A stretch of DNA of 62,018 nucleotides, counting the filler. It is 11 parts of 11 records of this genome, joined end to end, with 100 filler letters (N's around TTAATTAATTAA, not from the genome) between each part and the next. Parts side by side here need not be neighbours in the genome. Positions count along the whole stretch, not along the records: positions 10,728 to 19,855 come from SRR11831585_1162; positions 19,956 to 30,465 come from SRR11831585_1163; 9 more parts are not named here. One strand, written 5' to 3'. How positions within the stretch are numbered: position 1 is the first letter of the stretch; every line of letters starts with the position of its first letter. Shown piece by piece: positions 10,795 through 22,274 of the stretch. The translations under genes and the position numbers were made by a program. The notes beneath the pieces are model-generated. The model saw only the letters and a program-made list of their open reading frames with translations, was not told the DNA's origin and searched no databases.

Positions 10795-11618
10795 ATGCAA
10801 AACATTACTCAGTCCTGGTTTGTCCAGGGAATGATCAAAGCCACCACCGACGCCTGGCTGAAAGGCTGGGATGAGCGCAACGGCGGCAACCTGACGCTAC
10901 GCCTGGATGACGCCGATATCGCACCATATCACGACAATTTCCACCAACAACCGCGCTATATCCCGCTCAGCCAGCCCATGCCTTTACTGGCAAATACACC
11001 GTTTATTGTCACCGGCTCGGGCAAATTCTTCCGTAACGTCCAGCTTGATCCTGCGGCTAACTTAGGCATCGTAAAAGTCGACAGCGACGGCGCGGGCTAC
11101 CACATTCTTTGGGGGTTAACCAACGAAGCCGTCCCCACTTCCGAACTTCCGGCTCACTTCCTTTCCCACTGCGAGCGCATTAAAGCCACCAACGGCAAAG
11201 ATCGGGTGATCATGCACTGCCACGCCACCAACCTGATCGCCCTCACCTATGTACTTGAAAACGACACCGCGGTCTTCACTCGCCAACTGTGGGAAGGCAG
11301 CACCGAGTGTCTGGTGGTATTCCCGGATGGCGTTGGCATTTTGCCGTGGATGGTGCCCGGCACGGACGAAATCGGCCAGGCGACCGCACAAGAGATGCAA
11401 AAACATTCGCTGGTGTTGTGGCCCTTCCACGGCGTCTTCGGCAGCGGACCGACGCTGGATGAAACCTTCGGTTTAATCGACACCGCAGAAAATCAGCACA
11501 AGTATTAGTGAAGGTTTATTCGATGGGCGGCATGAAACAGACCATCAGCCGTGAAGAGTTGATAGCGCTCGGCAAGCGTTTCGGCGTTACGCCACTCGCC
11601 AGTGCGCTGGCGCTGTAA
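10795..11618 (+). CDS. rhaD: Rhamnulose-1-phosphate aldolase, apparent -1 frameshift in the A-run 11489-11492
   Basis: [10 protein letters not shown]..; the span is 824 nt, and adding one A restores ..[23 protein letters not shown]. Confidence 0.96.
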
Positions 11619-11627
11619 GGAGCAAAC

Positions 11628-11942
11628 ATGATCCGCAAAGCCTTTGTCATGCAGGTAAACCCCGACGCCCACGAAGAGTATCAGCGTCGGCATAATCCCA
11701 TCTGGCCAGAACTGGAAGCAGTGCTGAAATCTCACGGTGCGCATAACTACGCCATCTATCTCGACAAAGCGCGTAATCTGCTGTTTGCCATGGTAGAGAT
11801 TGAATCTGAAGAACGCTGGAATGCGGTTGCCAGCACTGATGTTTGCCAACGTTGGTGGAAATATATGACCGATGTTATGCCCGCTAACCCGGATAACAGC
11901 CCGGTGAGTAGCGAGCTGCAAGAAGTGTTTTACCTGCCGTAA
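11628..11942 (+). CDS. rhaM: L-rhamnose mutarotase
   Basis: [28 protein letters not shown], 104 aa. Confidence 0.97.
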
Positions 11943-12242
11943 TTGCCCAATGTGCCAGAGATGCCTCCGGCACAATATTTTAAATTTCGATTTGAAAAAT
12001 TAAACATATTACATCTCCCGGTAAGTTATATTTCCCTGATACATTGTGAGTAAATCACAAAAATAATGAATAACCCATTAATGATTCATGTGGTTTATTT
12101 AAATAACCATTATGTGCATTACTCCGCAAATCTGACCTTTCACTCTGTCTCAAATTGTCATTGTTTACCGACATATCGCCTCTCATCACTTAATCGCTCC
12201 ACCATTACAATTGATTAAAATATATTTTATGGAGTCCGATTA

Positions 12243-12689
12243 ATGGCAGCTCTTACTGCAAGCTGTATTGACCTGAATATTCAGGGCAATGGCGCTTATT
12301 CCGTTCTGAAGCAGTTGGCGACAATAGCGTTACAAAACGGTTTTATCACCGACTCACACCAGTTCCTGCAAACCCTGCTGCTGCGCGAAAAAATGCACTC
12401 TACTGGATTTGGTTCCGGTGTCGCCGTGCCGCACGGTAAAAGCGCCTGCGTTAAACAACCGTTCGTATTATTCGCCCGCAAAGCGCAGGCTATTGACTGG
12501 AAAGCCAGCGATGGCGAAGACGTCAATTGCTGGATCTGCCTCGGCGTGCCGCAAAGCGGCGAAGAGGATCAGGTCAAAATCATCGGCACACTGTGTCGCA
12601 AAATTATTCACAAGGAATTTATTCATCAACTGCAACAGGGCGATACCGACCAGGTGCTTGCCTTGTTAAATCAAACCCTCAGCTCATAA
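12243..12689 (+). CDS. frvA: PTS fructose-like EIIA
   Basis: RE..STGFGSGVAVPHGK EIIA(Fru) phospho-His motif. Confidence 0.95.
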   Translation: MAALTASCIDLNIQGNGAYSVLKQLATIALQNGFITDSHQFLQTLLLREKMHSTGFGSGVAVPHGKSACVKQPFVLFARKAQAIDWKASDGEDVNCWICLGVPQSGEEDQVKIIGTLCRKIIHKEFIHQLQQGDTDQVLALLNQTLSS

Positions 12690-12699
12690 GGAAGTGGCG

Positions 12700-14151
12700 A
12701 TGGAGTCATCCTTACGTATTGTCGCGATCACCAACTGCCCCGCCGGGATCGCTCACACCTACATGGTGGCGGAAGCCCTGGAACAGAAAGCCCGTTCTCT
12801 CGGTCATACCATAAAAGTGGAAACTCAAGGGTCCAGTGGCGTTGAAAACCGCTTATCCAGCGAAGAGATTGCCGCTGCCGATTACGTCATTCTCGCTACC
12901 GGGCGTGGCCTGAGCGGTGATGATCGCGCGCGGTTTGCCGGGAAGAAAGTTTATGAGATTGCCATCTCCCAGGCGTTGAAAAATATCGACCAGATTTTCA
13001 GCGAATTACCGACAAACTCGCAGCTTTTTGCCGCAGATAGCGGCGTGAAGCTTGGCAAACAGGAAGTGCAAAGCGGTAGCGTGATGAGCCACCTGATGGC
13101 GGGCGTCTCTGCGGCGCTGCCGTTTGTCATCGGCGGTGGTATCCTGGTGGCGCTTGCCAACATGCTGGTGCAGTTCGGTTTGCCGTATACCGATATGTCG
13201 AAAGGCGCGCCGTCGTTTACCTGGGTAGTTGAATCCATCGGTTACCTTGGCTTCACCTTTATGATCCCCATCATGGGCGCTTATATTGCCTCGTCGATTG
13301 CCGATAAACCGGCTTTCGCTCCGGCGTTTCTGGTTTGCTATCTGGCGAACGACAAAGCGCTGCTCGGCACCCAGTCGGGTGCGGGATTCCTCGGCGCGGT
13401 GGTGCTGGGGCTGGCGATTGGCTATTTCGTCTTCTGGTTCCGCAAAGTGCGCCTTGGCAAAGCATTACAACCGCTGCTCGGTTCAATGCTGATCCCGTTC
13501 GTTACTCTGCTGGTTTTCGGCGTGCTCACTTACTACGTTATCGGGCCGGTGATGTCCGACCTCATGGGCGGGCTGCTCCACTTCCTGAATACCATTCCTC
13601 CATCAATGAAGTTTGCGGCAGCGTTTCTGGTCGGTGCGATGCTGGCGTTCGATATGGGCGGCCCCATCAATAAAACCGCCTGGTTCTTCTGCTTCTCACT
13701 GCTGGAAAAACACATTTATGACTGGTACGCCATCGTCGGCGTTGTCGCGCTGATGCCGCCCGTCGCGGCGGGTCTTGCGACGTTCATTGCGCCCAAACTG
13801 TTTACCCGACAGGAAAAAGAGGCTGCCAGTAGTGCCATTGTGGTCGGTGCCACAGTCGCAACCGAACCGGCTATTCCTTACGCTCTGGCAGCTCCGTTGC
13901 CGATGATTACCGCCAATACGCTGGCGGGCGGCATTACCGGCGTGCTGGTGATCGCTTTCGGAATCAAACGTCTGGCACCTGGTTTGGGTATCTTTGACCC
14001 GCTGATCGGCCTGATGTCGCCGGTGGGTTCGTTTTATCTGGTGCTGGCGATTGGCCTCGCGCTGAACATTTCATTCATTATCGTCCTGAAAGGATTGTGG
14101 TTACGCCGCAAAGCGAAAGCCGCGCAACAGGAGCTTGTCCATGAACATTGA
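12700..14151 (+). CDS. frvB: PTS fructose-like EIIBC
   Basis: CPAGIAHTYM EIIB motif, KVETQG, and FDMGGPINK in EIIC. Confidence 0.95.
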   Translation: MESSLRIVAITNCPAGIAHTYMVAEALEQKARSLGHTIKVETQGSSGVENRLSSEEIAAADYVILATGRGLSGDDRARFAGKKVYEIAISQALKNIDQIFSELPTNSQLFAADSGVKLGKQEVQSGSVMSHLMAGVSAALPFVIGGGILVALANMLVQFGLPYTDMSKGAPSFTWVVESIGYLGFTFMIPIMGAYIASSIADKPAFAPAFLVCYLANDKALLGTQSGAGFLGAVVLGLAIGYFVFWFRKVRLGKALQPLLGSMLIPFVTLLVFGVLTYYVIGPVMSDLMGGLLHFLNTIPPSMKFAAAFLVGAMLAFDMGGPINKTAWFFCFSLLEKHIYDWYAIVGVVALMPPVAAGLATFIAPKLFTRQEKEAASSAIVVGATVATEPAIPYALAAPLPMITANTLAGGITGVLVIAFGIKRLAPGLGIFDPLIGLMSPVGSFYLVLAIGLALNISFIIVLKGLWLRRKAKAAQQELVHEH

Positions 14152-15211
14152 GTTACTGCAACAGTTGTGCGAAGCCAGCGCCGTCAGCGGCGATGAACAG
14201 GAAGTTCGCGACATTCTGATAAACACGCTGGAACCTTGCGTGAATGAAATCACCTTCGATGGTCTGGGCAGCTTTGTTGCCCGTAAGGGGAATAAAGGTC
14301 CAAAAGTTGCCGTTGTCGGACATATGGATGAAGTCGGCTTTATGGTCACCCACATCGACGAGAGCGGTTTTCTGCGTTTTACCACCATTGGCGGCTGGTG
14401 GAATCAGTCGATGCTCAACCACCGGGTAACCATACGCACACACAAGGGAGTGAAAATCCCTGGTGTGATTGGTTCCGTCGCGCCTCATGCGTTAACGGAA
14501 AAGCAAAAGCAACAACCGCTGTCATTTGATGAGATGTTCATTGATATTGGCGCGAACAGTCGCGAAGAGGTGGAAAAGCGCGGCGTGGAAATTGGTAATT
14601 TTATTAGCCCGGAAGCCAATTTTGCCTGCTGGGGCGAAGATAAAGTGGTCGGCAAGGCGTTGGATAACCGCATCGGCTGCGCAATGATGGCTGAACTATT
14701 GCAGACGGTGAATAATCCCGAAATTACGCTGTATGGCGTTGGCAGTGTGGAAGAAGAAGTTGGGCTACGCGGGGCGCAAACCTCGGCGGAACACATTAAA
14801 CCGGACGTCGTGATCGTGTTGGATACCGCCGTAGCGGGCGATGTTCCGGGCATTGATAACATTAAATACCCGCTGAAACTGGGCCAGGGGCCGGGGCTGA
14901 TGCTGTTTGACAAGCGCTACTTCCCCAACCAGAAACTGGTAGCAGCGTTAAAAAGCTGTGCCGCACATAACGATTTACCGCTGCAATTTTCCACCATGAA
15001 AACCGGTGCGACGGATGGCGGGCGCTACAACGTGATGGGCGGCGGGCGTCCGGTTGTCGCGCTGTGTCTGCCAACTCGTTATCTGCACGCCAACAGCGGT
15101 ATGATTTCAAAAGCCGATTACGAAGCTCTGCTCACGCTGATACGGGGTTTTCTGACGACCTTAACTGCGGAGAAAGTCAACGCGTTTAGCCAGTTCCGTC
15201 AGGTGGATTAA
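14141..15211 (+). CDS. frvX: M42-family aminopeptidase
   Basis: HMDEVG, KALDNR, EEEVGLRGA and RYLH motifs. Confidence 0.95.
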   Translation: MNIELLQQLCEASAVSGDEQEVRDILINTLEPCVNEITFDGLGSFVARKGNKGPKVAVVGHMDEVGFMVTHIDESGFLRFTTIGGWWNQSMLNHRVTIRTHKGVKIPGVIGSVAPHALTEKQKQQPLSFDEMFIDIGANSREEVEKRGVEIGNFISPEANFACWGEDKVVGKALDNRIGCAMMAELLQTVNNPEITLYGVGSVEEEVGLRGAQTSAEHIKPDVVIVLDTAVAGDVPGIDNIKYPLKLGQGPGLMLFDKRYFPNQKLVAALKSCAAHNDLPLQFSTMKTGATDGGRYNVMGGGRPVVALCLPTRYLHANSGMISKADYEALLTLIRGFLTTLTAEKVNAFSQFRQVD

Positions 15212-16959
15212 TGCTAAACGAACGCCAGTTAAAGATTGTCGATCTGCTGGAGCAACAGCCGCGCACGCCTGGCGAGCTGGCGCAACAGACTGGCGTTTCA
15301 GGCAGGACCATCCTGCGTGATATTGACTATCTCAACTTCACCCTTAACGGCAAAGCCCGCATTTTCGCCAGTGGCAGTGCGGGCTATCAGCTGGAAATCT
15401 TCGAGCGCCGCAGCTTTTTTCAGTTGCTGCAAAAGCACGATAACGACGATCGGCTGCTGGCGCTGTTATTACTGAATACTTTCACTCCCCGTGCGCAACT
15501 CGCCTCGGCGCTTAATTTGCCAGAAACGTGGGTAGCAGAGCGTCTGCCCCGGTTAAAACAGCGTTATGAACGCACTTGTTGCCTGGCCAGCCGCCCTGGT
15601 TTGGGCCATTTCATTGATGAGACAGAAGAGAAACGCGTTATCTTGCTGGCGAACTTGCTGCGCAAAGATCCGTTTTTAATTCCGCTGGCGGGCATAACAC
15701 GAGACAACCTTCAGCATTTATCCACGGCCTGCGACAACCAACACCGCTGGCCGCTCATGCAGGGTGATTATCTCTCCAGCCTGATTCTGGCGATTTACGC
15801 CCTGCGTAATCAACTGACCGATGAGTGGCCGCAATATCCCGGTGACGAGATAAAACAAATCGTTGAACATAGCGGTCTGTTTCTTGGTGATAACGCTGTA
15901 AGAACCCTGACGGGTTTGATAGAGAAACAGCATCAGCAAGCGCAGGTAATTTCAGCCGATAATGTGCAGGGGTTGCTGCAAAGGGTGCCGGGCATCGCGT
16001 CATTGAATATTATTGATGCGCAGCTGGTTGAGAATATTACCGGGCATTTATTACGTTGCCTTGCCGCACCAGTGTGGATTGCTGAGCACCGCCAGAGCAG
16101 CATGAATAACCTGAAAGCCGCCTGGCCTGCGGCCTTTGATATGAGTCTGCACTTTATTACGCTACTGCGTGAACAGCTCGATATTCCCCTTTTCGACAGC
16201 GATCTGATCGGTTTGTATTTTGCCTGTGCGCTGGAGCGGCATCAAAACGAACGCCAGCCGATCATTTTGCTCTCGGACCAGAACGCGATTGCCACTATTA
16301 ATCAGCTCGCCATTGAGCGCGATGTTTTAAATTGTCGGGTAATTATTGCCCGTAGCTTAAGCGAACTTGTTGCCATTCGCGAAGAGATTGAGCCGTTATT
16401 GATCATTAACAACAGCCATTATTTACTGGATGACGCGGTAAATAATTACATCACCGTAAAAAATATCATTACGGCTGCCGGTATCGAACAAATAAAACAT
16501 TTTCTGGCGACGGCATTTATTCGCCAACAGCCGGAGCGTTTTTTCTCTGCCCCCGGAAGTTTTCATTATTCGAATGTACGCGGTGAAAGCTGGCAACATA
16601 TTACCCGGCAAATTTGTGCGCAATTAGTCGCACAACACCATATTACCGCCGATGAAGCACAACGCATCATCGCCCGCGAAGGCGAAGGTGAAAACCTGAT
16701 TGTTAATCGCCTCGCCATCCCACATTGCTGGAGCGAACAGGAGCGACGTTTTCGTGGATTTTTTATTACCCTCGCCCAACCAGTTGAGGTGAATAACGAA
16801 GTCATTAACCATGTCTTGATCGCCTGCGCCGCCGCCGATGCGCGTCATGAGCTAAAAATATTTAGCTATCTGGCAAGCATATTGTGTCAGCATCCGGCGG
16901 AGATTATTGCCGGGTTAACAGGATATGAGGCATTTATGGAGTTACTTCACAAGGGGTGA
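15211..16959 (+). CDS. frvR: frv operon regulator (HTH + EIIA-like domain)
   Basis: N-terminal HTH (ELAQQTGVSGRTILRDI) and C-terminal RE..LAIPH; 582 aa. Confidence 0.94.
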   Translation: MLNERQLKIVDLLEQQPRTPGELAQQTGVSGRTILRDIDYLNFTLNGKARIFASGSAGYQLEIFERRSFFQLLQKHDNDDRLLALLLLNTFTPRAQLASALNLPETWVAERLPRLKQRYERTCCLASRPGLGHFIDETEEKRVILLANLLRKDPFLIPLAGITRDNLQHLSTACDNQHRWPLMQGDYLSSLILAIYALRNQLTDEWPQYPGDEIKQIVEHSGLFLGDNAVRTLTGLIEKQHQQAQVISADNVQGLLQRVPGIASLNIIDAQLVENITGHLLRCLAAPVWIAEHRQSSMNNLKAAWPAAFDMSLHFITLLREQLDIPLFDSDLIGLYFACALERHQNERQPIILLSDQNAIATINQLAIERDVLNCRVIIARSLSELVAIREEIEPLLIINNSHYLLDDAVNNYITVKNIITAAGIEQIKHFLATAFIRQQPERFFSAPGSFHYSNVRGESWQHITRQICAQLVAQHHITADEAQRIIAREGEGENLIVNRLAIPHCWSEQERRFRGFFITLAQPVEVNNEVINHVLIACAAADARHELKIFSYLASILCQHPAEIIAGLTGYEAFMELLHKG

Positions 16960-16962
16960 ACT

Positions 16963-16987
16963 GTGTCGGATGCGCCGCATCCGACAC
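16963..16987. repeat. REP-derived hairpin between convergent frvR and yiiG
   Basis: GTGTCGGATGCG-c-CGCATCCGACAC inverted repeat. Confidence 0.6.
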
Positions 16988-17008
16988 TGCATTTATCATC
17001 AAAAACGT

Positions 17009-18064
17009 TTAACGCAGGCTATTATAGTCATCAACCATTTCGTTGTACTCGCGTAATGCTCTCGGGAAAGAGTCTTCGACCATCCAGCTTGAGTTTGCGT
17101 CCTGAAGTTGCTCTTTATCCCAGTCAGAGTACGGGACTTTATCTCTGATGCGGCGAACGTATTTTTTAGCCTCGAGTTGATACTGGCCTGCCGAATTAAT
17201 AAACGAGAAATTCATGCCGCCTTTATCCGCTTCTTTGGCCTGCGCCACTAGCGTTTCCAGTTCAGACACTTTCTTCATTGCCGCTTCTGCATCAAACTTA
17301 TCTTGCGATATCAGGTTATTAATTTGTTTCGCTGAAATCATGACTGCCAGAGAGTAGTAGTGGAATGTTTTCCCTTCTCTTTCTTCAATATTTTTCAGTT
17401 CCGCAAGCTGACGCTTATCATTAATTTCCTGAATCGCCGCATGATAAGATTCGGCTACAGGTTCAAAGGCTTCCAGATTTTTTAAGAATGTCTGGTGCAG
17501 CGTTTTCCCTTTCGCAAACGCATCGTCTTTATAATTTTCCTGGGTGTAATATTTATCCATTTCGTTAATGGTATTACCCAACGCCACGGCAGCATCGATA
17601 TAACTCACCGCCACGCCATCAATTGGTTGCAGCGCAGGCGTTAACGCCACAGCACTTTTTACGCCTTTTTCACACTCAGCGAGGTTGGATTCACTAATGC
17701 CGTAGATGCCATAAACAGTACGCTCTTCACCGGTAGGCCCCTGTTTAAAATCTTTCAGCCAGTCAGCATAACGCGCCAGACTGCGCTGTACCGGGATCTG
17801 TAACTTGTTGTAGCACTTGATATAGACATCCATTTTTTCGTCGAAAACCGCTTGTTCATCGACCACCGGTTGCGCAGGTGTTTCAGGTTTAGCTTCTGCT
17901 TTTGCAACGGGAGCTTCAGTAGGTTTCGCTTCAGGAGCTGGTGCGGCAGGTTGACTATTGGCAGGCGGGAGCGTTTCTGTTTCGGCTTTTTTATCATCAC
18001 AACCCGTCAGACCGAGGGACATGATGGCGACTATAATAGCGGAAGATAATAAATTCCTTTTCAT
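17009..18064 (-). CDS. yiiG: Lipoprotein YiiG
   Basis: Signal peptide with LTGC lipobox, Pro/Ala linker, synteny between frvR and fdhD. Confidence 0.92.
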   Translation of the reverse strand: MKRNLLSSAIIVAIMSLGLTGCDDKKAETETLPPANSQPAAPAPEAKPTEAPVAKAEAKPETPAQPVVDEQAVFDEKMDVYIKCYNKLQIPVQRSLARYADWLKDFKQGPTGEERTVYGIYGISESNLAECEKGVKSAVALTPALQPIDGVAVSYIDAAVALGNTINEMDKYYTQENYKDDAFAKGKTLHQTFLKNLEAFEPVAESYHAAIQEINDKRQLAELKNIEEREGKTFHYYSLAVMISAKQINNLISQDKFDAEAAMKKVSELETLVAQAKEADKGGMNFSFINSAGQYQLEAKKYVRRIRDKVPYSDWDKEQLQDANSSWMVEDSFPRALREYNEMVDDYNSLR

Positions 18065-18216
18065 TTAATTGCCTTATAAATATATAGATAAGAGAGTGAA
18101 CATAATAAATGAAAAAAGAAAACGCCACTACACGCATTTTGTTTATAAATAAAATAATAAAATTCACGAAATGAATAAGTCCTGCAATTTAATATATTTC
18201 GCAGGACTTATTTTAA

Positions 18217-19050
18217 TTAATTGCTCAAACGCTGCGGATGGGTATAAACCGTTGCCCGACCCGGTTTACAAAAACCTACCAGTGTCAGATTACAGCGCTC
18301 AGCCACTTCTACAGCAAGCGTGGTCGCGGCAGACACCGCAAACAAAATCTCTACGCCGCACATCGCCGACTTTTGCACCATTTCATAACTGGCACGACTG
18401 GAAACCAGTACCGCACCTTGCTGCCAGCTTTCCCCTTCTTGTGACCGGCGGCCTAACAGTTTGTCCAGCGCCACATGGCGACCCACGTCTTCATGCCCGC
18501 CGACCAGTTCGCCAGATGGCAACATCCAGGCAGCGGCGTGAGTACAACCAGTCAGTTGCCCCACTGGCTGAAAATCGTTGAGATGACGTAATGCATCATC
18601 CAGTTTGTTGAGATCAAACGTCTGGGTGAACGGTAGCGGCTGCACCGGTTTTCCGATGTCATTAAGTTGCTCCACGCCGCATACGCCACAGCCCGTACGT
18701 CCCGCCAGCGCCCGGCGGCGCTCCTTCAACCCCATAAAGCGGCGGCTGGAAAGCTCAATTTGTACTTCAAGACCATTACAGGAAGGAACGACATCCATGC
18801 CGAAGATATCGCGCGGACTTTCGATAATCCCCTCGGAAAGCGAAAAACCGAGCGCAAAGTACTCAAGGTCTTTGGGCGACGCCATCATCACCACATGCGA
18901 AATGCCGTTGTAGACCAGCGCAACGGGAACTTCTTCCGCGACCTCATCTAACCGTGGGTGTTGTAAATCATCACGCCGCCATAACTCAATTTGACGAACA
19001 CCTGTGATATTTGTCACATTTTCGATTTCTTTTCGCTGTGTTTTTTTCAC
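18217..19050 (-). CDS. fdhD: Formate dehydrogenase sulfurtransferase
   Basis: GCGVCG, TGCTHAA and [12 protein letters not shown] motifs. Confidence 0.97.
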
Positions 19051-19243
19051 TTTCTCTTAACCAGATAAGAACACACACACCAACATTATGGTATTCTGTT
19101 ACAAACCCTTCCTGGATGGAGGGAAATTGAGCCAATTCTGGACCTTTGCGGCCCCTTCCGCAAAGAAAAATAACTCCCACTCCCTGCACACGCAGCAAGC
19201 GAATGTAAATGGGACGTGACAATGTCGAAACAAGGAGCAATCC

Positions 19244-19855
19244 ATGCAGGTCAGCAGAAGGCAGTTCTTTAAGATCTGCGCTGGCGGTATGGCAGGCACC
19301 ACGGCAGCGGCACTGGGTTTTGCACCCAGCGTAGCACTCGCGGAAACCCGGCAGTATAAACTGCTGCGCACCCGCGAAACCCGTAATACCTGCACCTATT
19401 GTTCCGTAGGCTGTGGGCTGTTGATGTACAGCCTCGGTGACGGAGCAAAAAACGCCAAAGCATCTATCTTCCATATCGAAGGCGATCCGGATCACCCGGT
19501 CAACCGCGGTGCACTTTGTCCGAAAGGCGCTGGCCTGGTGGATTTCATCCACTCCGAAAGCCGTCTGAAGTTTCCGGAATACCGTGCGCCAGGTTCTGAT
19601 AAATGGCAGCAAATCAGTTGGGAAGAGGCGTTTGATCGCATCGCCAAACTGATGAAAGAAGACCGCGATGCTAACTACATTGCGCAAAACGCCGAAGGCG
19701 TGACTGTTAACCGCTGGCTCTCCACCGGGATGCTGTGTGCTTCCGCGTCGAGTAACGAAACCGGCTATTTAACGCAAAAATTCTCCCGCGCGCTGGGTAT
19801 GCTCGCGGTCGACAACCAGGCGCGTGTCTGACACGGACCAACGGTAGCAAGTCTT
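19244..19855 (+). CDS. fdoG: Formate dehydrogenase-O alpha subunit, selenoprotein (TGA 19829-19831 = Sec), 3'-truncated
   Basis: Tat signal SRRQFFK and CTYCSVGC; the frame continues after TGA as HGPTVASL to the contig end. Confidence 0.97.
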
Positions 19856-19955
19856 NNNNNNNNNNNNNNNNNNNNNNNNNNNNNNNNNNNNNNNNNNNNT
19901 TAATTAATTAANNNNNNNNNNNNNNNNNNNNNNNNNNNNNNNNNNNNNNNNNNNN
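19856..19955. other. Artificial contig spacer
   Basis: N44-TTAATTAATTAA-N44. Confidence 0.98.
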
Positions 19956-19983
19956 TAAGACGCGGCAAGCGTCGCATCAGGCA
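19956..19983. repeat. REP element (partial) at contig end
   Basis: TAAGACGCGGCAAGCGTCGCATCAGGCA. Confidence 0.9.
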
Positions 19984-20022
19984 TTCACACATTGCCGGGT
20001 GGATATCCCCGGCAATCTTCAA

Positions 20023-21336
20023 TTATTGATCCGCAGTTTTATCAAATTTGCCCAGCACTTCACGCTCATAAGCCAGCGCTTTCTTACGGTCAAATTTGTG
20101 TTCCCACTTGGCAATCACCAGCACCGCCAGCGCATTACCCACCACGTTCAGCGCAGTACGCGCCATGTCGAGGATACGGTCAACACCAGCAATAAACGCC
20201 AGACCTTCCAGCGGAATACCTACGCTACCCAGCGTTGCCAGCAACACCACAAACGACACGCCAGGCACGCCAGCAATCCCTTTCGAGGTCACCATCAGCG
20301 TCAGCACCAGAATGATTTCCTGCCAGATGGACAGGTCAATGCCATACAACTGCGCGATGAAGATAGCGGCAATACTTTGATACAGCGTCGAACCATCAAG
20401 GTTAAAAGAGTAACCGGTCGGCACCACGAAACTGGTGATCGACACCGGTGCTCCGTAGGCTTCCATCTTCTCAATAATTCGCGGCAGCACGCTTTCAGAG
20501 CTGGCAGTGGAGTACGCCAGAATCAGCTCATCTTTCAGAATACGAATCAGGATCCAGACGCTTAACCCGCACAGGCGCGCCACAATTCCCAGCACTACCA
20601 GCGCGAAGAACAGAATGGCGAAATGCACCAGCAGCACCAGTTTCGCCAGTGGCCACAGAGACGAGAAACCAAAGTTAGCCACCGTCACCGCAATCAGCGC
20701 AAACACACCCACCGGTGCATAACGCATCACCATGTGAGTCACTTTAAACATGGTTTCAGAGATGGAGCGGAACACGGTCACCAGCGGTTCACGATGCGTC
20801 GCGGGCAGGGAAGAAAGCCCCAGACCAAACAGCACCGAGAAAAAGATGATCGGCAGCATTTCGCCTTTCGCCATCGACGCCACAATGTTCGTCGGCACCA
20901 GCGACAAAATCGTGCCCATAATGCCGTGGGAACTGCTTTGTACCGCTTCCGTAGTGCTCTGATATTTCGAGATATCGACGGTCGCCAACTGCGACATATC
21001 CACCCCGGCACCGGGCTGGAAGACGTTCGCCAGAGTGATCCCCAAAATGATGGCGACGGTGGTGATCACCTCGAAGTAGATAATGGTTTTCGCGCCAATA
21101 CGCCCGAGCTGTTTGGCATCACCAACACCCGCGATACCCACCACCAGCGTGGAGATCACAATCGGCACAACAATCATTTTAATCAGATGGATGAAGATAT
21201 CACCCGCCGGAGAGAGCAAATTGACGACCAGCCAGTCGCGGCTGTCGCTATGGTAGTGCAGGTAGCTTCCCAGGAGAATGCCCAGCACCATAGCAAACAG
21301 AATCTGCCAGGCCAGGCTGAATTTTATATTTTTCAT
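20023..21336 (-). CDS. gltP: Proton/glutamate-aspartate symporter
   Basis: STASSE, GYSFNLDG and DRILDMARTALNV (DAACS family), 437 aa. Confidence 0.97.
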   Translation of the reverse strand: MKNIKFSLAWQILFAMVLGILLGSYLHYHSDSRDWLVVNLLSPAGDIFIHLIKMIVVPIVISTLVVGIAGVGDAKQLGRIGAKTIIYFEVITTVAIILGITLANVFQPGAGVDMSQLATVDISKYQSTTEAVQSSSHGIMGTILSLVPTNIVASMAKGEMLPIIFFSVLFGLGLSSLPATHREPLVTVFRSISETMFKVTHMVMRYAPVGVFALIAVTVANFGFSSLWPLAKLVLLVHFAILFFALVVLGIVARLCGLSVWILIRILKDELILAYSTASSESVLPRIIEKMEAYGAPVSITSFVVPTGYSFNLDGSTLYQSIAAIFIAQLYGIDLSIWQEIILVLTLMVTSKGIAGVPGVSFVVLLATLGSVGIPLEGLAFIAGVDRILDMARTALNVVGNALAVLVIAKWEHKFDRKKALAYEREVLGKFDKTADQ

Positions 21337-21677
21337 ATGAATGACTTCCTCAATGGAGCGCCGTTCCCCGTTCAGAAACGCGAGAACGTGACATACTGCC
21401 AGGGCATGAATTGTGTTGCGTTGGTTTGTAGATTTTTTTAACGCTTATGATCAGTATCATTTGCGCGGTATGTTGCGCAACCCTTTAACAACAGAGCTTT
21501 TCGCTGCATTAATGCATAATAACGCGAGTTTATGGCAGGATTAATGAATAACCATTTGTTATGGAAAGATTTTTATTTGTTTAATCTGCAATAATACTGA
21601 TTAGTGATTATTTTTGGCATATGTTCATTCGATTATTTTTTATGCAGCTCAATGACATAATCTTCATCACCAGATGA

Positions 21678-22274
21678 TTAATCCAATCTCCGCTGCAACA
21701 ATTTCGCCATATTAATCGACTCAACCAGCTGTGTTCGGTTAACTCGCGGTGAGTTGAGATCCATCACTTTTTGCCATAGTTCGATGGCTTGCGCGTAGTT
21801 CGCCTGCATAAACGCATCGGAAGCCAGCAGCATCAGGGCGGTGATTTCATTACTGTCCAGCGCGAGGGCTTTGTCGATCATTGCGCGAGTCTGGGCGGTC
21901 ATATGCTGGCTGGCCTGGTAATAAAGCACCGTCGCCAGCGCCGCATACAGTTCAGCGTTCTCACCACGTAGTTGCAACGCCTGACGGTACGCCAGCAACG
22001 AATTGCTGTAATCGTTTTGCCACAGATAGTACTCGCCCAGTAACGCCCACTGTTCGCTGTTTTGTGGATTAGCGCGGATTTTATCCTGCAATGCCTGAAG
22101 CTGCGCTTCCGGGGTTTGCTGGCTGGCAAACTGATGTAGCGGATCGCGCTGACGCTGATACTCCGCACGTACCGCCTGCCATTTTGGGCTTAACAGATAA
22201 CTGCCGACACAGAGAAATACCATCAATATCGTGAGTGTTGTCAGCATTTTCACCGGTATTTTGGGCTGTTTCAT
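21678..22274 (-). CDS. nrfG: Heme lyase complex TPR subunit
   Basis: MKQPKIP.., TPR-like helices, last gene of the nrf operon. Confidence 0.94.

Noticed and set aside
10795-11618. rhaD, nrfA and araJ as true pseudogenes
   Set aside because: Each has only a single homopolymer deletion and no other decay, so sequencing error is more parsimonious.
12243-18064. PTS + peptidase + regulator + lipoprotein cluster as a new system
   Set aside because: It is the long-annotated cryptic frvABXR operon and yiiG. The substrate is poorly known, but nothing new is visible here.
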